Assembly (NCBI GenBank): GCA_002104945.1
Contig: MCFH01000083.1
Location: forward strand, 104,387 to 168,386
Direction of reading: 5' to 3'
Length of the DNA stretch: 64,000 nucleotides
Source: Piromyces finnis finn
Lineage: Eukaryota; Fungi; Neocallimastigomycota
Part shown: in pieces, positions 11,247 through 22,511 of the stretch
Position numbering within the stretch: the stretch's first letter is position 1
Layout of the letters: the number at the start of each line of letters is the position of its first letter
Position numbers and translations under genes: made by a program
Notes under the pieces: generated by a model
Databases searched by the model: none
Seen by the model: the letters and a program-made list of their open reading frames with translations, nothing else
Told to the model about the DNA's origin: nothing

Positions 11247-13040
11247 TTGTTAATGGTATCCTTAAGTACAAAAGAAATAGAGACAGATGGTATTAATATA
11301 TACCATCCAATTGTATACTTTTTATTTATCTTGTTAAAACATGATGAAACCAAAAAATCAAAATCTTATACATTAATTGCTAACTACCTAAAAACATATA
11401 ATGTACAAATTGATAAAAAAGATGAAAAAGATACAATGACAAATATAGAAATTGGAATTCTTAATAACCGATTAAATAATATAAAGATTGAGGAAAACAA
11501 TGCTTTGGAAAATAAAAAGTTCAAAAATGATATTATTGACATAATTTATAGTTGTATTGACGAATTTGGATTACGCATTGTAAATATTGCCCGATTAATG
11601 ACTATAAAAAAATATTACAGTAAAACAGTATTAACAAATCATTCCATATTCAATATATTTATTATTTTAAATTTGGGATATTTTGTATACAGTGATAAAG
11701 AATGGTATAAATTTTTCTATAGTCTTAATGGATGGGAATCGATTAGTTCTTACGATATAGCTAAAGAAATAAATTTATATTTAACCGGAAACCTTAAGAA
11801 TATGTGCCTCGAATACAATATATCTTTGGATGGCATCACTAATGAATTAATGAATTTCTTTACCAATCATACCATAATCTACAATCATTTGGAACAACTT
11901 GAAACCTTCTTTTATACATATGATTTTATTAAACGCATTGATAAAGGTAATGTATTAAGATTCGAAGATTATGTTTATGATTTTGGTATCAATGCTCCAC
12001 GTCCTGGACGTCCTAATGACTTTTGTCTGAAATCAACCAATTACAATTACTACAATGATAACAAAGATAAAATAGAAGAAGTCTATCAATTTCTAAGAGA
12101 AATTTTCGTTGAGGATGATTTAATAGAATATGTATTGAAAGTGATTGCTTCTACCCTTACTCTTGGTAATAAATTACGTTCCATTCTATTTTTCATTGGA
12201 TCTGGTCGTAATGGTAAAACTACCTTTACCAATATGTTGCGACTTGCACTTGGAGATTATGCTGCCACTCCAAACGTATCTTTATTTTTAGGAAAGTCTA
12301 CAAGCGCCGATAAACCTAGTCCTCATATGATGGATCTTAATAACTGCAGAATTTCGATATGTGAAGAACCAGATGCACGATCTATCAATATCACCGGTGA
12401 TGCTAAAGCCATTACAGGAAATGTCGGGTATATTAAGACTAGATCTTTGTATAAGGATTTGCAAACCGTTTATGTTGATTTGTTACCGATTATCAATACC
12501 AATGATAAATTAACTATATCCAATTTGGACAATGCTTTAATTGACAGAATCTTGGTAATTCCTTTCACTCAACGTTTTGTGAACAAGATGAATATTTCAA
12601 TATTATCCTCCACTCAAAACATTAACAATACCTCCATCAAGCATGCCAATACAATGTGGCAAGGTTCCCATGTTCAAAGTTATGCTGAAGCATTAATGCA
12701 CATCTTGATTCAAAATTATCAAAAGGACTATACGAATCTGGAGATCCCTCAAAGTGTAATTCATGCCACAAAGCATTTCATTATGAGATGTGATCATATC
12801 GCTCGATTCTTAGAAAAGTATATTATTGATAAAAATGACACTTTTGCCATTCCTATCGATGAACTTTATTCCTTATATAAAAATTGGTTTAAGCAATATG
12901 TTTCAACTAGAGCTATTAATTACAGTTTGGAAGATTTTCGTATGGATTTAATTAAATACAATATAAGAATAAACAATGTAATGACAACTGATACCAACCG
13001 TTCAATTGAATCTATTATTGGTTATCGAATATTAAATTAA
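11247..13040 (+). CDS. D5-like SF3 helicase/ATPase (D5_N plus P-loop); no primase domain evident; first ATG at 11253
   Basis: D5_N-like LRFEDYVYDFG..RPGRPNDFCLKST; Walker A GSGRNGKTT; Walker B ISICEEPD; motif C IINTNDK; A..DRILVIPF..RF. Confidence 0.93.
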   Translation: MLMVSLSTKEIETDGINIYHPIVYFLFILLKHDETKKSKSYTLIANYLKTYNVQIDKKDEKDTMTNIEIGILNNRLNNIKIEENNALENKKFKNDIIDIIYSCIDEFGLRIVNIARLMTIKKYYSKTVLTNHSIFNIFIILNLGYFVYSDKEWYKFFYSLNGWESISSYDIAKEINLYLTGNLKNMCLEYNISLDGITNELMNFFTNHTIIYNHLEQLETFFYTYDFIKRIDKGNVLRFEDYVYDFGINAPRPGRPNDFCLKSTNYNYYNDNKDKIEEVYQFLREIFVEDDLIEYVLKVIASTLTLGNKLRSILFFIGSGRNGKTTFTNMLRLALGDYAATPNVSLFLGKSTSADKPSPHMMDLNNCRISICEEPDARSINITGDAKAITGNVGYIKTRSLYKDLQTVYVDLLPIINTNDKLTISNLDNALIDRILVIPFTQRFVNKMNISILSSTQNINNTSIKHANTMWQGSHVQSYAEALMHILIQNYQKDYTNLEIPQSVIHATKHFIMRCDHIARFLEKYIIDKNDTFAIPIDELYSLYKNWFKQYVSTRAINYSLEDFRMDLIKYNIRINNVMTTDTNRSIESIIGYRILN

Positions 13041-13244
13041 AATTTCTTATCAAATTAAAATTTTAATATTATATAGTTACTCTATAGCTCTTGTTGATAT
13101 ATATATATATTTATATATATATAAATGTGATAATAATTTAAAATAATAAAATAATTTTTCACTATTTTATTAAATTTTTATAAAAATTAAAATATTGCAA
13201 AATTAAATGTTAGTTTTATAGGTTGAAAAGTACATGTATTATAT

Positions 13245-13850
13245 TGTAAAGATATCAAACGCCTCTGTTTGATATCTTTAATGTAACTTAAGCCACAAGT
13301 ATTATTGTTTAAGTTACACAAATTATATTCAGAAAAAGAAAATGAGACATAATTTATTTATTAATAATTAAAGTTTAAAACAAAATAAATTATTAATTTA
13401 TTTTTAATGTTTAACAAGTAAATTAATATTCTCAATTTAAATCCCTAGTTTTAGTATTGTTTTTTTTATAGAAATAGATAAATAATAAATGATTAATATA
13501 TCAATAATACATGGGCACATATTCAAATTAAATAGTACTTAATTTGAATTGCCAATTGTATTTTACTAAAAATAGTTATAGTTTAAATATTTATTAATAA
13601 TTAAGATTTTAGTGTAGATTTTAAATAATAATATATAAGAAATAAATAGTTATAATATAATATAAATGTATTTAGGAAAAATATAAATAGAAGATATTTT
13701 TCATCATTTTATCGATGTAATTGTTATTATTAAAATTCTATTATAATAAAAGATATTTTATAAAACAATTTTTTATTTTATTTTTTCAAAATCTTGTGTT
13801 ATTGTAATAGAATAGATATCCTAATCTATTCTTTCTGTGTCGCCATTACA
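13245..13850 (+). repeat. 5' LTR
   Basis: TGTAAAGATATC...CGCCATTACA; no difference from the 3' LTR found by eye. Confidence 0.97.
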
Positions 13851-13861
13851 ATAACAATTAC
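13851..13861 (+). promoter_or_regulatory. Self-priming (Tf1-type) primer binding site ATAACAATTAC
   Basis: Immediately follows the LTR; exact reverse complement GTAATTGTTAT at 13717-13727 inside the LTR; no tRNA-type TGG start. Confidence 0.75.
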
Positions 13862-13890
13862 CTAACGAAAACCAAGAATACGTTAGGGTA

Positions 13891-14017
13891 TCTACCGCCG
13901 AGTAAAAGAAGAAAAAGAAGGAATAACTACTGGGTTGAAATTGAGTCTACCGCCGAGTAAAAGAAGAAAAAAGAAGGAATAACTACTGGGTTGAAATTGA
14001 ATCTACCGCCGCCGAGT
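13891..14017 (+). repeat. ~55-bp tandem repeat (2 copies plus a partial third) in the retrotransposon 5' UTR
   Basis: TCTACCGCCGAGTAAAAGAAG...GGGTTGAAATTGA starting at 13891, 13946 and 14002. Confidence 0.9.
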
Positions 14018-14225
14018 GGGAAGAAAGGACCAAGAATAACCATTAAGGATTGATTAGTAGTACAAAACTTGTTCGACACTGCTTTTTGCAGAACGCGTCT
14101 GAATAACTTTTGTATTGTTAGATATACTAAAATTATCTTTTATAAATAATTAAAAAAAAAAAAAAAAAAAAAAAAATTACTTACTTGAAATAGTAGTAAG
14201 AAAACATTTTATTTATTTTAGTAAG

Positions 14226-17200
14226 TTGGAGGGTTTAATTAGTGAATTTGAAAATTTGAATTTGGAAATGGGTGATAGGAATGTGGGTGTTTCCGGGAAC
14301 TCGGGGAACATTATTAATGCTCCACCGATATTCTCTGGTAAACAACGTGAATTAGATGGATTTTTAACTAGAGTGGAGTTGGTATTTCGTACTCGACCGA
14401 CACTGTACAATACAGATCGAGTCAAGGTCGACTTCGTTATATCATACTTCTCTGGTAAACCTTTGGAATGGGCTTCAGTGTTGATGAAGAATAATAGTGG
14501 GGTTTTAAACCATTATGATGAATTTGTAGATAGGTTGAAGGCTAATTTTGGCAGTTATAGATACGATACCGTTGTAGCTAACGGAAAATTAGATAATCTT
14601 CGCCAAAGGAAACTTGGTCAGGTATTAGATTACATTACCGAGTTTCAACGTATTAGCCAAAATTCAAGCTTTAATGATAGCGCAAAAATCTACATGTTTC
14701 TGAAAGGTTTATTACCACCACTTAGGGAGAAGTTGGCTTTCATTGAATCAAACCCAACTTCAATTGAACAATTGATTTCTTCAACTATTTTAGTTGAAGA
14801 TATGATGAAAAGGAATTCTTTAAGTGAATTTTATTTTAATGGTAGAAGGGCTAATGATCCTATGGATGTGGATGTATTTAAAATTAGTAGAGAGAATAAA
14901 CGAAAAAGGTATGTGAATATTCAAGGATCAAGTAAAAATTACAATGAAAACATAGATAACTTTGAAGAAGAAAAGAAAAAAGGGTTATGTTTTCTTTGTA
15001 AACAACCGGGACATTTAAAATTTAATTGTCCTAATAGAGTAAAGCCCAGAAAAGTGTTAAGAATTGTTAAAGAAAGGACTCCAAAAATTGTTAATCCAAA
15101 AATTTACAAAGTTGGAGTTAAGGGAGTGAAAAGTGATTTAAACCTTGTGGACTTTTACTTGAGTACCAATGAAGTTTCGGAAGTTAAAATTAAGGTTTTA
15201 ATTGATTCCGGTTCTGAATTAAATTTCATTAATCCAAGTCTTGCTGAAGAACTTGGTATTAATTTGGAAAAAGTGGAACCATTCCGTGTTTCAGGTGTTA
15301 GTGATGGAGTTGTTAGTGTTTGGGAAAGGACTGAGAAGTGCATGCTCCGTTGCAAAAATCACTTCGAAGTAATTCAACTTTATGGATTACAAGTCCCCGG
15401 TGTTGATGTTATTCTTGGTTTGCCGTGGATAAAGAAGCATAATCCAAATGCTTTCTACGACTCTAAGAAAATCGCTTTTAGTTCTGGTTATTGTGCCAGA
15501 CATTGTAATAAAGGCAAAAGAAAGAGAAAACCAAGAAAGAAGTCAAAGAATGATCAGTTAGATCATGATGTTCTCGACCGAAGCTTGACCAAAAAGCCGA
15601 AAGTAGATCCCTCTGTCCCAAAAAATGAAGAAAAAGAATATGTTAAAGGCCGCCTTGTTAGAACCATCAATGATGAAGATGATAGCGATGATGAATATAT
15701 TAGTTTTAATAAAAAAGTTAAATGTATTGTAACAAAAATTAATGAAACATGTAATAATGATAACGAATCATGTAGTAATAATAATAATAATGGAAAAGAT
15801 ATTAATAAAGATAAATTGGTCGCCGTACCAACCCAATATTTAGAATTTAGTGAAGTATTTAATGAAAAAAATTGTGAAGTGTTACCTCCTCATAGACCTT
15901 ATGATTGTGAAATCAAACTTAAAGATGATTCGACTTTATTTTATGGACCTTTGTATCCATTAACTGAAGTTGAAAGAGAGGAACTTAAAAAATATATTGA
16001 TGATAATTTAAATAAAGGTTTTATTAGGAAATCATCGTCTCCTGCTGGTGCCCCAATTTTATTTGTTAAAAAGAAGGATGGCTCCCTAAGACTTTGTATC
16101 GATTATAGAAAGTTGAATGATATTACCATTCGTAATTCATATCCTTTACCTTTAATTAGTGACCTTTTGGATAGGGTGAAAAATGCTAAGATTTTTACTA
16201 AATTAGACCTTAAATCCGCTTATAATCTTGTTCGTATTAAAGAAGGTGACGAATACAAAACGGCTTTTCGTACTAGATATGGACATTTTGAATATCTGGT
16301 TATGCCTTTTGGATTAAAGAATGCACCTGCAACTTTTCAACACTTCATTAACGATGTCCTTAGTGACTATTTAGACGATTTTGTTATCTCATATATTGAT
16401 GATATTCTTATTTATTCTAATAATATCGAAGAACATCATGAGCATGTTAAAAAGGTACTTAAGAAACTACTTGAAAATAATCTTTATGTTAAATTAGAAA
16501 AATGTGAGTTTGATGTTGAGAAAACCACTTTTCTTGGTTATGTCATTTCAAAGGATGGATTGCAAATGGATGAAAATAAAGTTAAAGCAATTCTCGATTG
16601 GCCGGTTCCCAAGAATGTTAAAGAGGTTCAGTCTTTTATTGGTTTATGCAACTATTACAGAATTTTTATTAAAGACTTTGCTAAAATTGCAAACCCTCTT
16701 CACAAACTCACTAGAAAGAATGTTGCTTTTAACTGGGTGAAAGAAGATCAGGACGCTTTTATTTTATTAAAATCTCTGTTCACGTCAGCTCCTATTCTGA
16801 AACATGCGGATAGTAATAAACAATTTATTGTAGAAACTGATGCTAGTAATTATGCTGTCGGTGCTATTCTCTCTCAAGAATTTGATGGCAAATTACATCC
16901 TATTGCATTTCTTTCTAAAAGTTTGACGAGTTGTCAAAGAAACTATCCTATATATGACAAGGAACTTTTAGCTATTGTAGTTGCTCTTGAAGAATGGCGT
17001 CATTATTTAGAAGGTGCACGCCATCCGTTCATAATTTATACTGATCACAAGAATTTAACATTTCCTAGAAAACCTGAAATGTTATCTCAGAGACAAATTA
17101 GATGGAATTTGTTCTTATCCAGATTTGATTTTAAACTCATTTATAGAGCTGGAAAGAAATCCGGTAAGCCTGATATCCTGTCTCGTAGAAGTGATCATGT

Positions 17201-18818
17201 AGAGAATAATATTAATTCTGATGTTTCTTGTCTTACTATTTCGTTTCATCATAGCGATAACAAACCGTTAATCGATTCTATTTTATTAGAACTTAAAAAT
17301 GACGATTTGTATAATTCTATTGTCCAATTTAAAATGAATGGTTCTGCATGTAATGCACCTATTAAAAATATTGATAAAGTTATTATTGATAACGAGGGAT
17401 TTTTGTTATATAATAATCTTATTTATGTTCCTAAATCTCTTAGGACAAGAGTTTTGGAACTTCATCATGATTCTGTTGCTGCTGGTCATTTCGATATTAA
17501 GAAAACCACTGAACTGATTTCCAGAAACTTTTGGTGGCCAAGGTTTCATTCAGACGTTAAATCTTTTATCAAATCTTGCGTGACTTGTTGCAAATCCAAA
17601 GTCCCCAGACATAAGCCTTATGGATTGTTATCCCCTTTGGACACTCCCAGTAGGCCCTGGTCTGATATTTCTATTGATTTTATTGTTGATCTTCCTAAGT
17701 CCAGAGATATGACAACTCTCATGGTTGTTGTCGATAGATTTACTAAATTTGCTCACGCCATTCCTTTACGTTGTCTTCCTACTGCTTCGATTGCTGCTGA
17801 TGCTTTTATTGCTAATGTCTTCCGTTTGCATGGTCTTCCTGATTCCATCATTTCTGATAGAGGCTCGCAATTTACTTCTGACTTTTGGTCAAGACTTTGT
17901 GACCTTCTTAATATCAATCATTCATTATCAACTGCCAACCATCCGCAGACAGATGGTCAAACGGAGAGGGTGAACGGCATATTAGAACAATATTTCCGTT
18001 GTTTTATAAATAAAAAGCAGAATAACTGGGTTGATCTTATCCCATTTGCTGAATTTGCATATAATAATACTTTACAACAATCTATAAATCAATCTCCATT
18101 CTTTGCTAATTATGGTTTTCATCCAAAGTTCAGCTTAGAAATTCCAGCTAATGATAGACCTAGTAGAGCTGAACAAAGAGTAATTGATATGAATGAAAAC
18201 TTTAAATTATTAAAAGAAAACTTAGAAAAAGCAAAAGAAACATATAAGAAATATGCCGATATGAAGAGAATGATTCCCCCGGAGTTCGAAGTGGGAAAGA
18301 AGGTATGGTTATTGAAAGATTCTCCTGGAACTAACCTAAAGAGAAAATTAGCACCTCAAATGCTTGGCCCATTTGAGATAATTGGAAAAGTTAGTTCTCT
18401 CGCTTTCAAATTGAAACTTCCAAAGACAATGAGATGTCATCCAGTCTTTCATGTTTCATTGTTAGAACCATACTTTGAAAACAAGTTTAACGACAGGTCT
18501 AATCGTAGGAAGAGGAACATTCACCTTAACACAGATTTAATTGAAAAAATTCCAGAGAAAATTGAAAAGATGAAATCTGTTAATGGTGAAACATTTTATA
18601 AGTTATCATGGAAAGGATTTGACAAATCCACTTGGATTTCTGAAGATCAGATTCCAGATAAACAATTAATACAAGAGTTTGAAAGAAACTCTAAAAAGTC
18701 AAAATATAAGTCGAACGACTCCTCCATGAAAATTAGAAAGAATAAAGTTGGTAATCTAATCAAGCACAGATACCAACCATTTGTAATTGAAATTCCTTCG
18801 AGTAAAGATTCCTTATAA
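14226..18818 (+). CDS. Gag-Pol polyprotein (gag, CCHC knuckle, protease, RT, RNase H, integrase, chromodomain); first ATG at 14268
   Basis: CFLCKQPGHLKFNC; LIDSGS; YIDDILI; ETDAS; H..H..C..C; DFIVDL..SDRGSQF..E; C-terminal YKLSWKGF..STW chromodomain; uninterrupted frame. Confidence 0.97.
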   Translation: MEGLISEFENLNLEMGDRNVGVSGNSGNIINAPPIFSGKQRELDGFLTRVELVFRTRPTLYNTDRVKVDFVISYFSGKPLEWASVLMKNNSGVLNHYDEFVDRLKANFGSYRYDTVVANGKLDNLRQRKLGQVLDYITEFQRISQNSSFNDSAKIYMFLKGLLPPLREKLAFIESNPTSIEQLISSTILVEDMMKRNSLSEFYFNGRRANDPMDVDVFKISRENKRKRYVNIQGSSKNYNENIDNFEEEKKKGLCFLCKQPGHLKFNCPNRVKPRKVLRIVKERTPKIVNPKIYKVGVKGVKSDLNLVDFYLSTNEVSEVKIKVLIDSGSELNFINPSLAEELGINLEKVEPFRVSGVSDGVVSVWERTEKCMLRCKNHFEVIQLYGLQVPGVDVILGLPWIKKHNPNAFYDSKKIAFSSGYCARHCNKGKRKRKPRKKSKNDQLDHDVLDRSLTKKPKVDPSVPKNEEKEYVKGRLVRTINDEDDSDDEYISFNKKVKCIVTKINETCNNDNESCSNNNNNGKDINKDKLVAVPTQYLEFSEVFNEKNCEVLPPHRPYDCEIKLKDDSTLFYGPLYPLTEVEREELKKYIDDNLNKGFIRKSSSPAGAPILFVKKKDGSLRLCIDYRKLNDITIRNSYPLPLISDLLDRVKNAKIFTKLDLKSAYNLVRIKEGDEYKTAFRTRYGHFEYLVMPFGLKNAPATFQHFINDVLSDYLDDFVISYIDDILIYSNNIEEHHEHVKKVLKKLLENNLYVKLEKCEFDVEKTTFLGYVISKDGLQMDENKVKAILDWPVPKNVKEVQSFIGLCNYYRIFIKDFAKIANPLHKLTRKNVAFNWVKEDQDAFILLKSLFTSAPILKHADSNKQFIVETDASNYAVGAILSQEFDGKLHPIAFLSKSLTSCQRNYPIYDKELLAIVVALEEWRHYLEGARHPFIIYTDHKNLTFPRKPEMLSQRQIRWNLFLSRFDFKLIYRAGKKSGKPDILSRRSDHVENNINSDVSCLTISFHHSDNKPLIDSILLELKNDDLYNSIVQFKMNGSACNAPIKNIDKVIIDNEGFLLYNNLIYVPKSLRTRVLELHHDSVAAGHFDIKKTTELISRNFWWPRFHSDVKSFIKSCVTCCKSKVPRHKPYGLLSPLDTPSRPWSDISIDFIVDLPKSRDMTTLMVVVDRFTKFAHAIPLRCLPTASIAADAFIANVFRLHGLPDSIISDRGSQFTSDFWSRLCDLLNINHSLSTANHPQTDGQTERVNGILEQYFRCFINKKQNNWVDLIPFAEFAYNNTLQQSINQSPFFANYGFHPKFSLEIPANDRPSRAEQRVIDMNENFKLLKENLEKAKETYKKYADMKRMIPPEFEVGKKVWLLKDSPGTNLKRKLAPQMLGPFEIIGKVSSLAFKLKLPKTMRCHPVFHVSLLEPYFENKFNDRSNRRKRNIHLNTDLIEKIPEKIEKMKSVNGETFYKLSWKGFDKSTWISEDQIPDKQLIQEFERNSKKSKYKSNDSSMKIRKNKVGNLIKHRYQPFVIEIPSSKDSL

Positions 18819-18854
18819 ATTAATCTCGCAGGAGCTCGACTTAGAGAGAGAGAT

Positions 18855-19460
18855 TGTAAAGATATCAAACGCCTCTGTTTGATATCTTTAATGTAACTTA
18901 AGCCACAAGTATTATTGTTTAAGTTACACAAATTATATTCAGAAAAAGAAAATGAGACATAATTTATTTATTAATAATTAAAGTTTAAAACAAAATAAAT
19001 TATTAATTTATTTTTAATGTTTAACAAGTAAATTAATATTCTCAATTTAAATCCCTAGTTTTAGTATTGTTTTTTTTATAGAAATAGATAAATAATAAAT
19101 GATTAATATATCAATAATACATGGGCACATATTCAAATTAAATAGTACTTAATTTGAATTGCCAATTGTATTTTACTAAAAATAGTTATAGTTTAAATAT
19201 TTATTAATAATTAAGATTTTAGTGTAGATTTTAAATAATAATATATAAGAAATAAATAGTTATAATATAATATAAATGTATTTAGGAAAAATATAAATAG
19301 AAGATATTTTTCATCATTTTATCGATGTAATTGTTATTATTAAAATTCTATTATAATAAAAGATATTTTATAAAACAATTTTTTATTTTATTTTTTCAAA
19401 ATCTTGTGTTATTGTAATAGAATAGATATCCTAATCTATTCTTTCTGTGTCGCCATTACA
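18855..19460 (+). repeat. 3' LTR
   Basis: Copy of 13245..13850, preceded by the purine tract AGAGAGAGAGA. Confidence 0.97.
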
Positions 19461-21988
19461 TATATATGTATTTAATAAAAATATTATTAATCATATTATT
19501 AATAAAAATAAAAATAAATATTGTATATTGTACATATAGGAATAAATTTTACTTTATAGTTTTATTTAATTTTTTCATTGATAAATTTATAAATATATAC
19601 TCATTTGTCAATGGTTTTTATTATGATATTAAGCAATCTTTTTATAAATCTATTATTATATAAAATAAGAAAATATTTTAAATTGTATTTTTTTAAAAAA
19701 TCAATTAAATTATTTTTTTTTTTTAAAAAAAAAAAAAAACAACTGATATTAAGTTGTAAAATTTATAGATATTATTCATAGATATTATTCATACATAGTT
19801 GTTTGTATACCAATAGAATTTAAATATGAATTCATGATATTAAAACTATTTGATATTGTTAGAGATTTTGTTGCAGAATTACAGCATGTTTCTGATGTAC
19901 TTATTGAATGACAAATATTACAATATTTAATTTCCATAATATCTGTATTATTTCGAAACATATCTTTTAATATTGCATTGACTCCGTGTGCTACTAATGC
20001 ATCTTTTTCCATTTCTCCTATTCTCAATCCACCATTATTAGCTTTTCCTTCGGTTGGTTGTTTGCTAATAGAATTAACATTTCCGGTAATTCGATAAAAC
20101 ATTTTTTCTTCCACTTGATGTTGTAAAGCTGTATAGTAGCATACGCCTACAAACGCAGATCCTATATTCATTCCTGTTTTGGCATCAATCATTTTTTCCA
20201 TGATCGGTATTCCACTTTCAATAAATGTTGATCTGAAATTTTTTATATCATTACTTTCTATGGAAGCATCAAAAAATGTTCCAAATTTCTGAGGATCAAT
20301 CACCATACACTTACCGACGTACATTTCGATTAAATGGCCAACTGTCATTCTGGATGGAAAGGCATGTGGATTAACAATGATATCTGGTATTATTCCATGT
20401 TCCGTTTTAGGTAATACATCCTCTGGTAATATTGATCCAATGACTCCCTTTTGAGCATAGCGACTAGCAAACTTATCTCCTTGCTGTGGTTTATATATAT
20501 GCTGTACTTCCACACAACAATAACAAATATCATCTTTAATAAAGGTAGTACAGCGATCAACAATAACCGGCTTTCTAAAAATATTTTCTATATCTGAAAC
20601 TTCGTTTTTAATAAAATTGTATTTTCTAAATAATGGTTCATTACTACTGTATACATTTTGTGCAATCGGTGTATTTGGTTTTGGCAATCCATTTTCATAA
20701 TTTTCATTTATATTCAATAAAATTTCTTCCTTAGTATTGTAGGAAATATATTGGTATCTATATTTAATATTACTAAATAAGCCATTTTCTATACTTTTAG
20801 CATTGAATATGACACTATCTTCTTGATTATTTCCAAATGCCATAATAGCTACCACCACATTCTGACCACTAAATCTATGATAAGTATTATTATTTGTTAT
20901 TGCTGATGATGTTGTCGTTGAGTTATTATTACTGTTATTTTCATCTTTTTCAATGTTTATATTTGTAAGAAGGTCAATTCGGCTTCTAAATTCGTCGTTA
21001 TTTAATTTTATATTTTTTTTCAATTTAATATGACTATTTTTGTTAGTGTCATCTGAATAAGAATTGTTTTCATTTATCATTTCAAATCCGTTTTCATCAT
21101 TTTCATCATCAATATTTATAAATAGATTAAATAGATTATTCGAATTATTATTGGGATTGTTTAATAAAATGCTTAAGGGATGATAATGACATACTCTACG
21201 TGATAAAATAGATTCTAATTTGGTCATACAAAATGGACGTTGGGCATTAATTAATCTTCTTGAGTTATCATTAAATTGAAATATTGTACTATCATTCGAC
21301 ATACACTGTTTCGTCATACCGGCTTGAAATGTTAGTCTTGGAACATGATTGTTTCCTGGAAATGGTGAAAGTGCACTGATTAGACCAAACACAAAATTTG
21401 GATTTATTTCTTCATATTTATATTCAGTATTACATTTGTATTCAGAAATATCAATAAATCTTACGCCTATTTCAATTCCATCTTTTAAAACTTTTATTGG
21501 CCTCATAATTCTTCCTTCATCCGTAAATAGATAGAACGCTGTATTATCAAATAGACAACTAATAAATGGATAAGTTAATTTCAATTCTTTGTAGGTATGT
21601 TCGACAAAGTCAATGGAAGTGAAACCAATGAATCTGCTATTCAATAATACAGGATATTCCAGTAAGTCTTTTGAACAAGTATTCATGTGATCATCAATGA
21701 AAGAACGTAAAATTGATTTGTCTATTGAAAAGTCCGGGGCTACCAATACCGACAATCCAAAATATTTTACAAGGCCTACATCTTTAGATTCCGGTGTTTC
21801 AAAAGGACAAAAATACCCATAATCATAAGACATTCTCAATTCCGAATTTTCACTTTCCGTATTAATCGGAATTTGAATTCTTCGTAAATGCGACAATTTA
21901 TCATAGTAAGAGCGTTTGCTAAGGGTTTGTACAGCGATTGCTGAATAATCTTTAAAGTAAGACCGAACAATTCCTGTCTTAACATTAC

Positions 21989-22511
21989 TGTAACGTGTAT
22001 CTATATAAAAATTTACTAATATATGAATTCATAAAATTTATATAGAAAAATATTATTTATTTCCCTATAGGTTGATATAATTTGTTTAATTTTATTAGAA
22101 AATTGTTTTATTAATAATTATTTTTATTTTTTAAAAATTAAAGTTACAAGTTAATAAAAACACACCATTTAATTTTTTGATTCAAACCACTTCTATTTAT
22201 ACTTTTTCTAAATCTGAAGTGGCTAAATAAAAAATTCAATTTTCTTTCGAAATTATTCTTTAAATTAATTAAAAATTACATAAAATGAATCCCGTGATAA
22301 AAATACAATAAATATTTAATTTTTCGAATATTCGAACTTATTCTTTTTTCGAATAAGTTCTATAAGTTTCTATAAGTCATAAATTAAATTGTTAAATAAA
22401 TAATTTAAAATAAAATTTAGATCAGGGTGTGAGTCGAACCCGAGTGATCTATATTGATGTCTTAAATACTAACCATTAAGACAATATTAAATTTCTAATA
22501 GATTCGTTACA
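21989..22511. mobile_element. Solo LTR (or MITE-like) insertion inside the Rpb2 gene
   Basis: Ends TGTAACG...CGTTACA (inverted, TG..CA, imperfectly extending ~25 bp); 5-bp TSD ATTAC at 21984-21988 and 22512-22516; unrelated to the 606-bp LTR. Confidence 0.9.
22421..22484 (-). other. tRNA-like/Pol III A-box and B-box segment inside the solo LTR
   Basis: Minus strand TAATGGTTAG (22478-22469) and GGGTTCGACTC (22441-22431) at tRNA-like spacing; no convincing full cloverleaf. Confidence 0.4.

Larger units (their letters stand above)
13245..19460 (+). mobile_element. Full-length Ty3/gypsy chromovirus LTR retrotransposon, 6216 bp
   Basis: 606-bp LTRs with TG...CA ends, 5-bp TSD TATAT (13240-13244 and 19461-19465), PPT 18843-18853, single gag-pol ORF. 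Confidence 0.98.

Noticed and set aside
14213-18931. Small overlapping ORFs within the retrotransposon, and the antisense/alternate-frame ORFs inside the large genes
   Set aside because: Shadow ORFs of longer motif-bearing genes, with no independent motifs.
19466-19663. Short hydrophobic ORFs here and at 44992..45219 and 57670..57852
   Set aside because: Low-complexity I/F/Y/L translations typical of chance ORFs in very AT-rich intergenic DNA.
21989-22511. Spliceosomal or group I/II intron in Rpb2
   Set aside because: The in-frame join seen at the TSD does not use GT..AG ends; no group I P7 or group II domain V motifs were found; TG..CA termini with a 5-bp TSD fit a retroelement.
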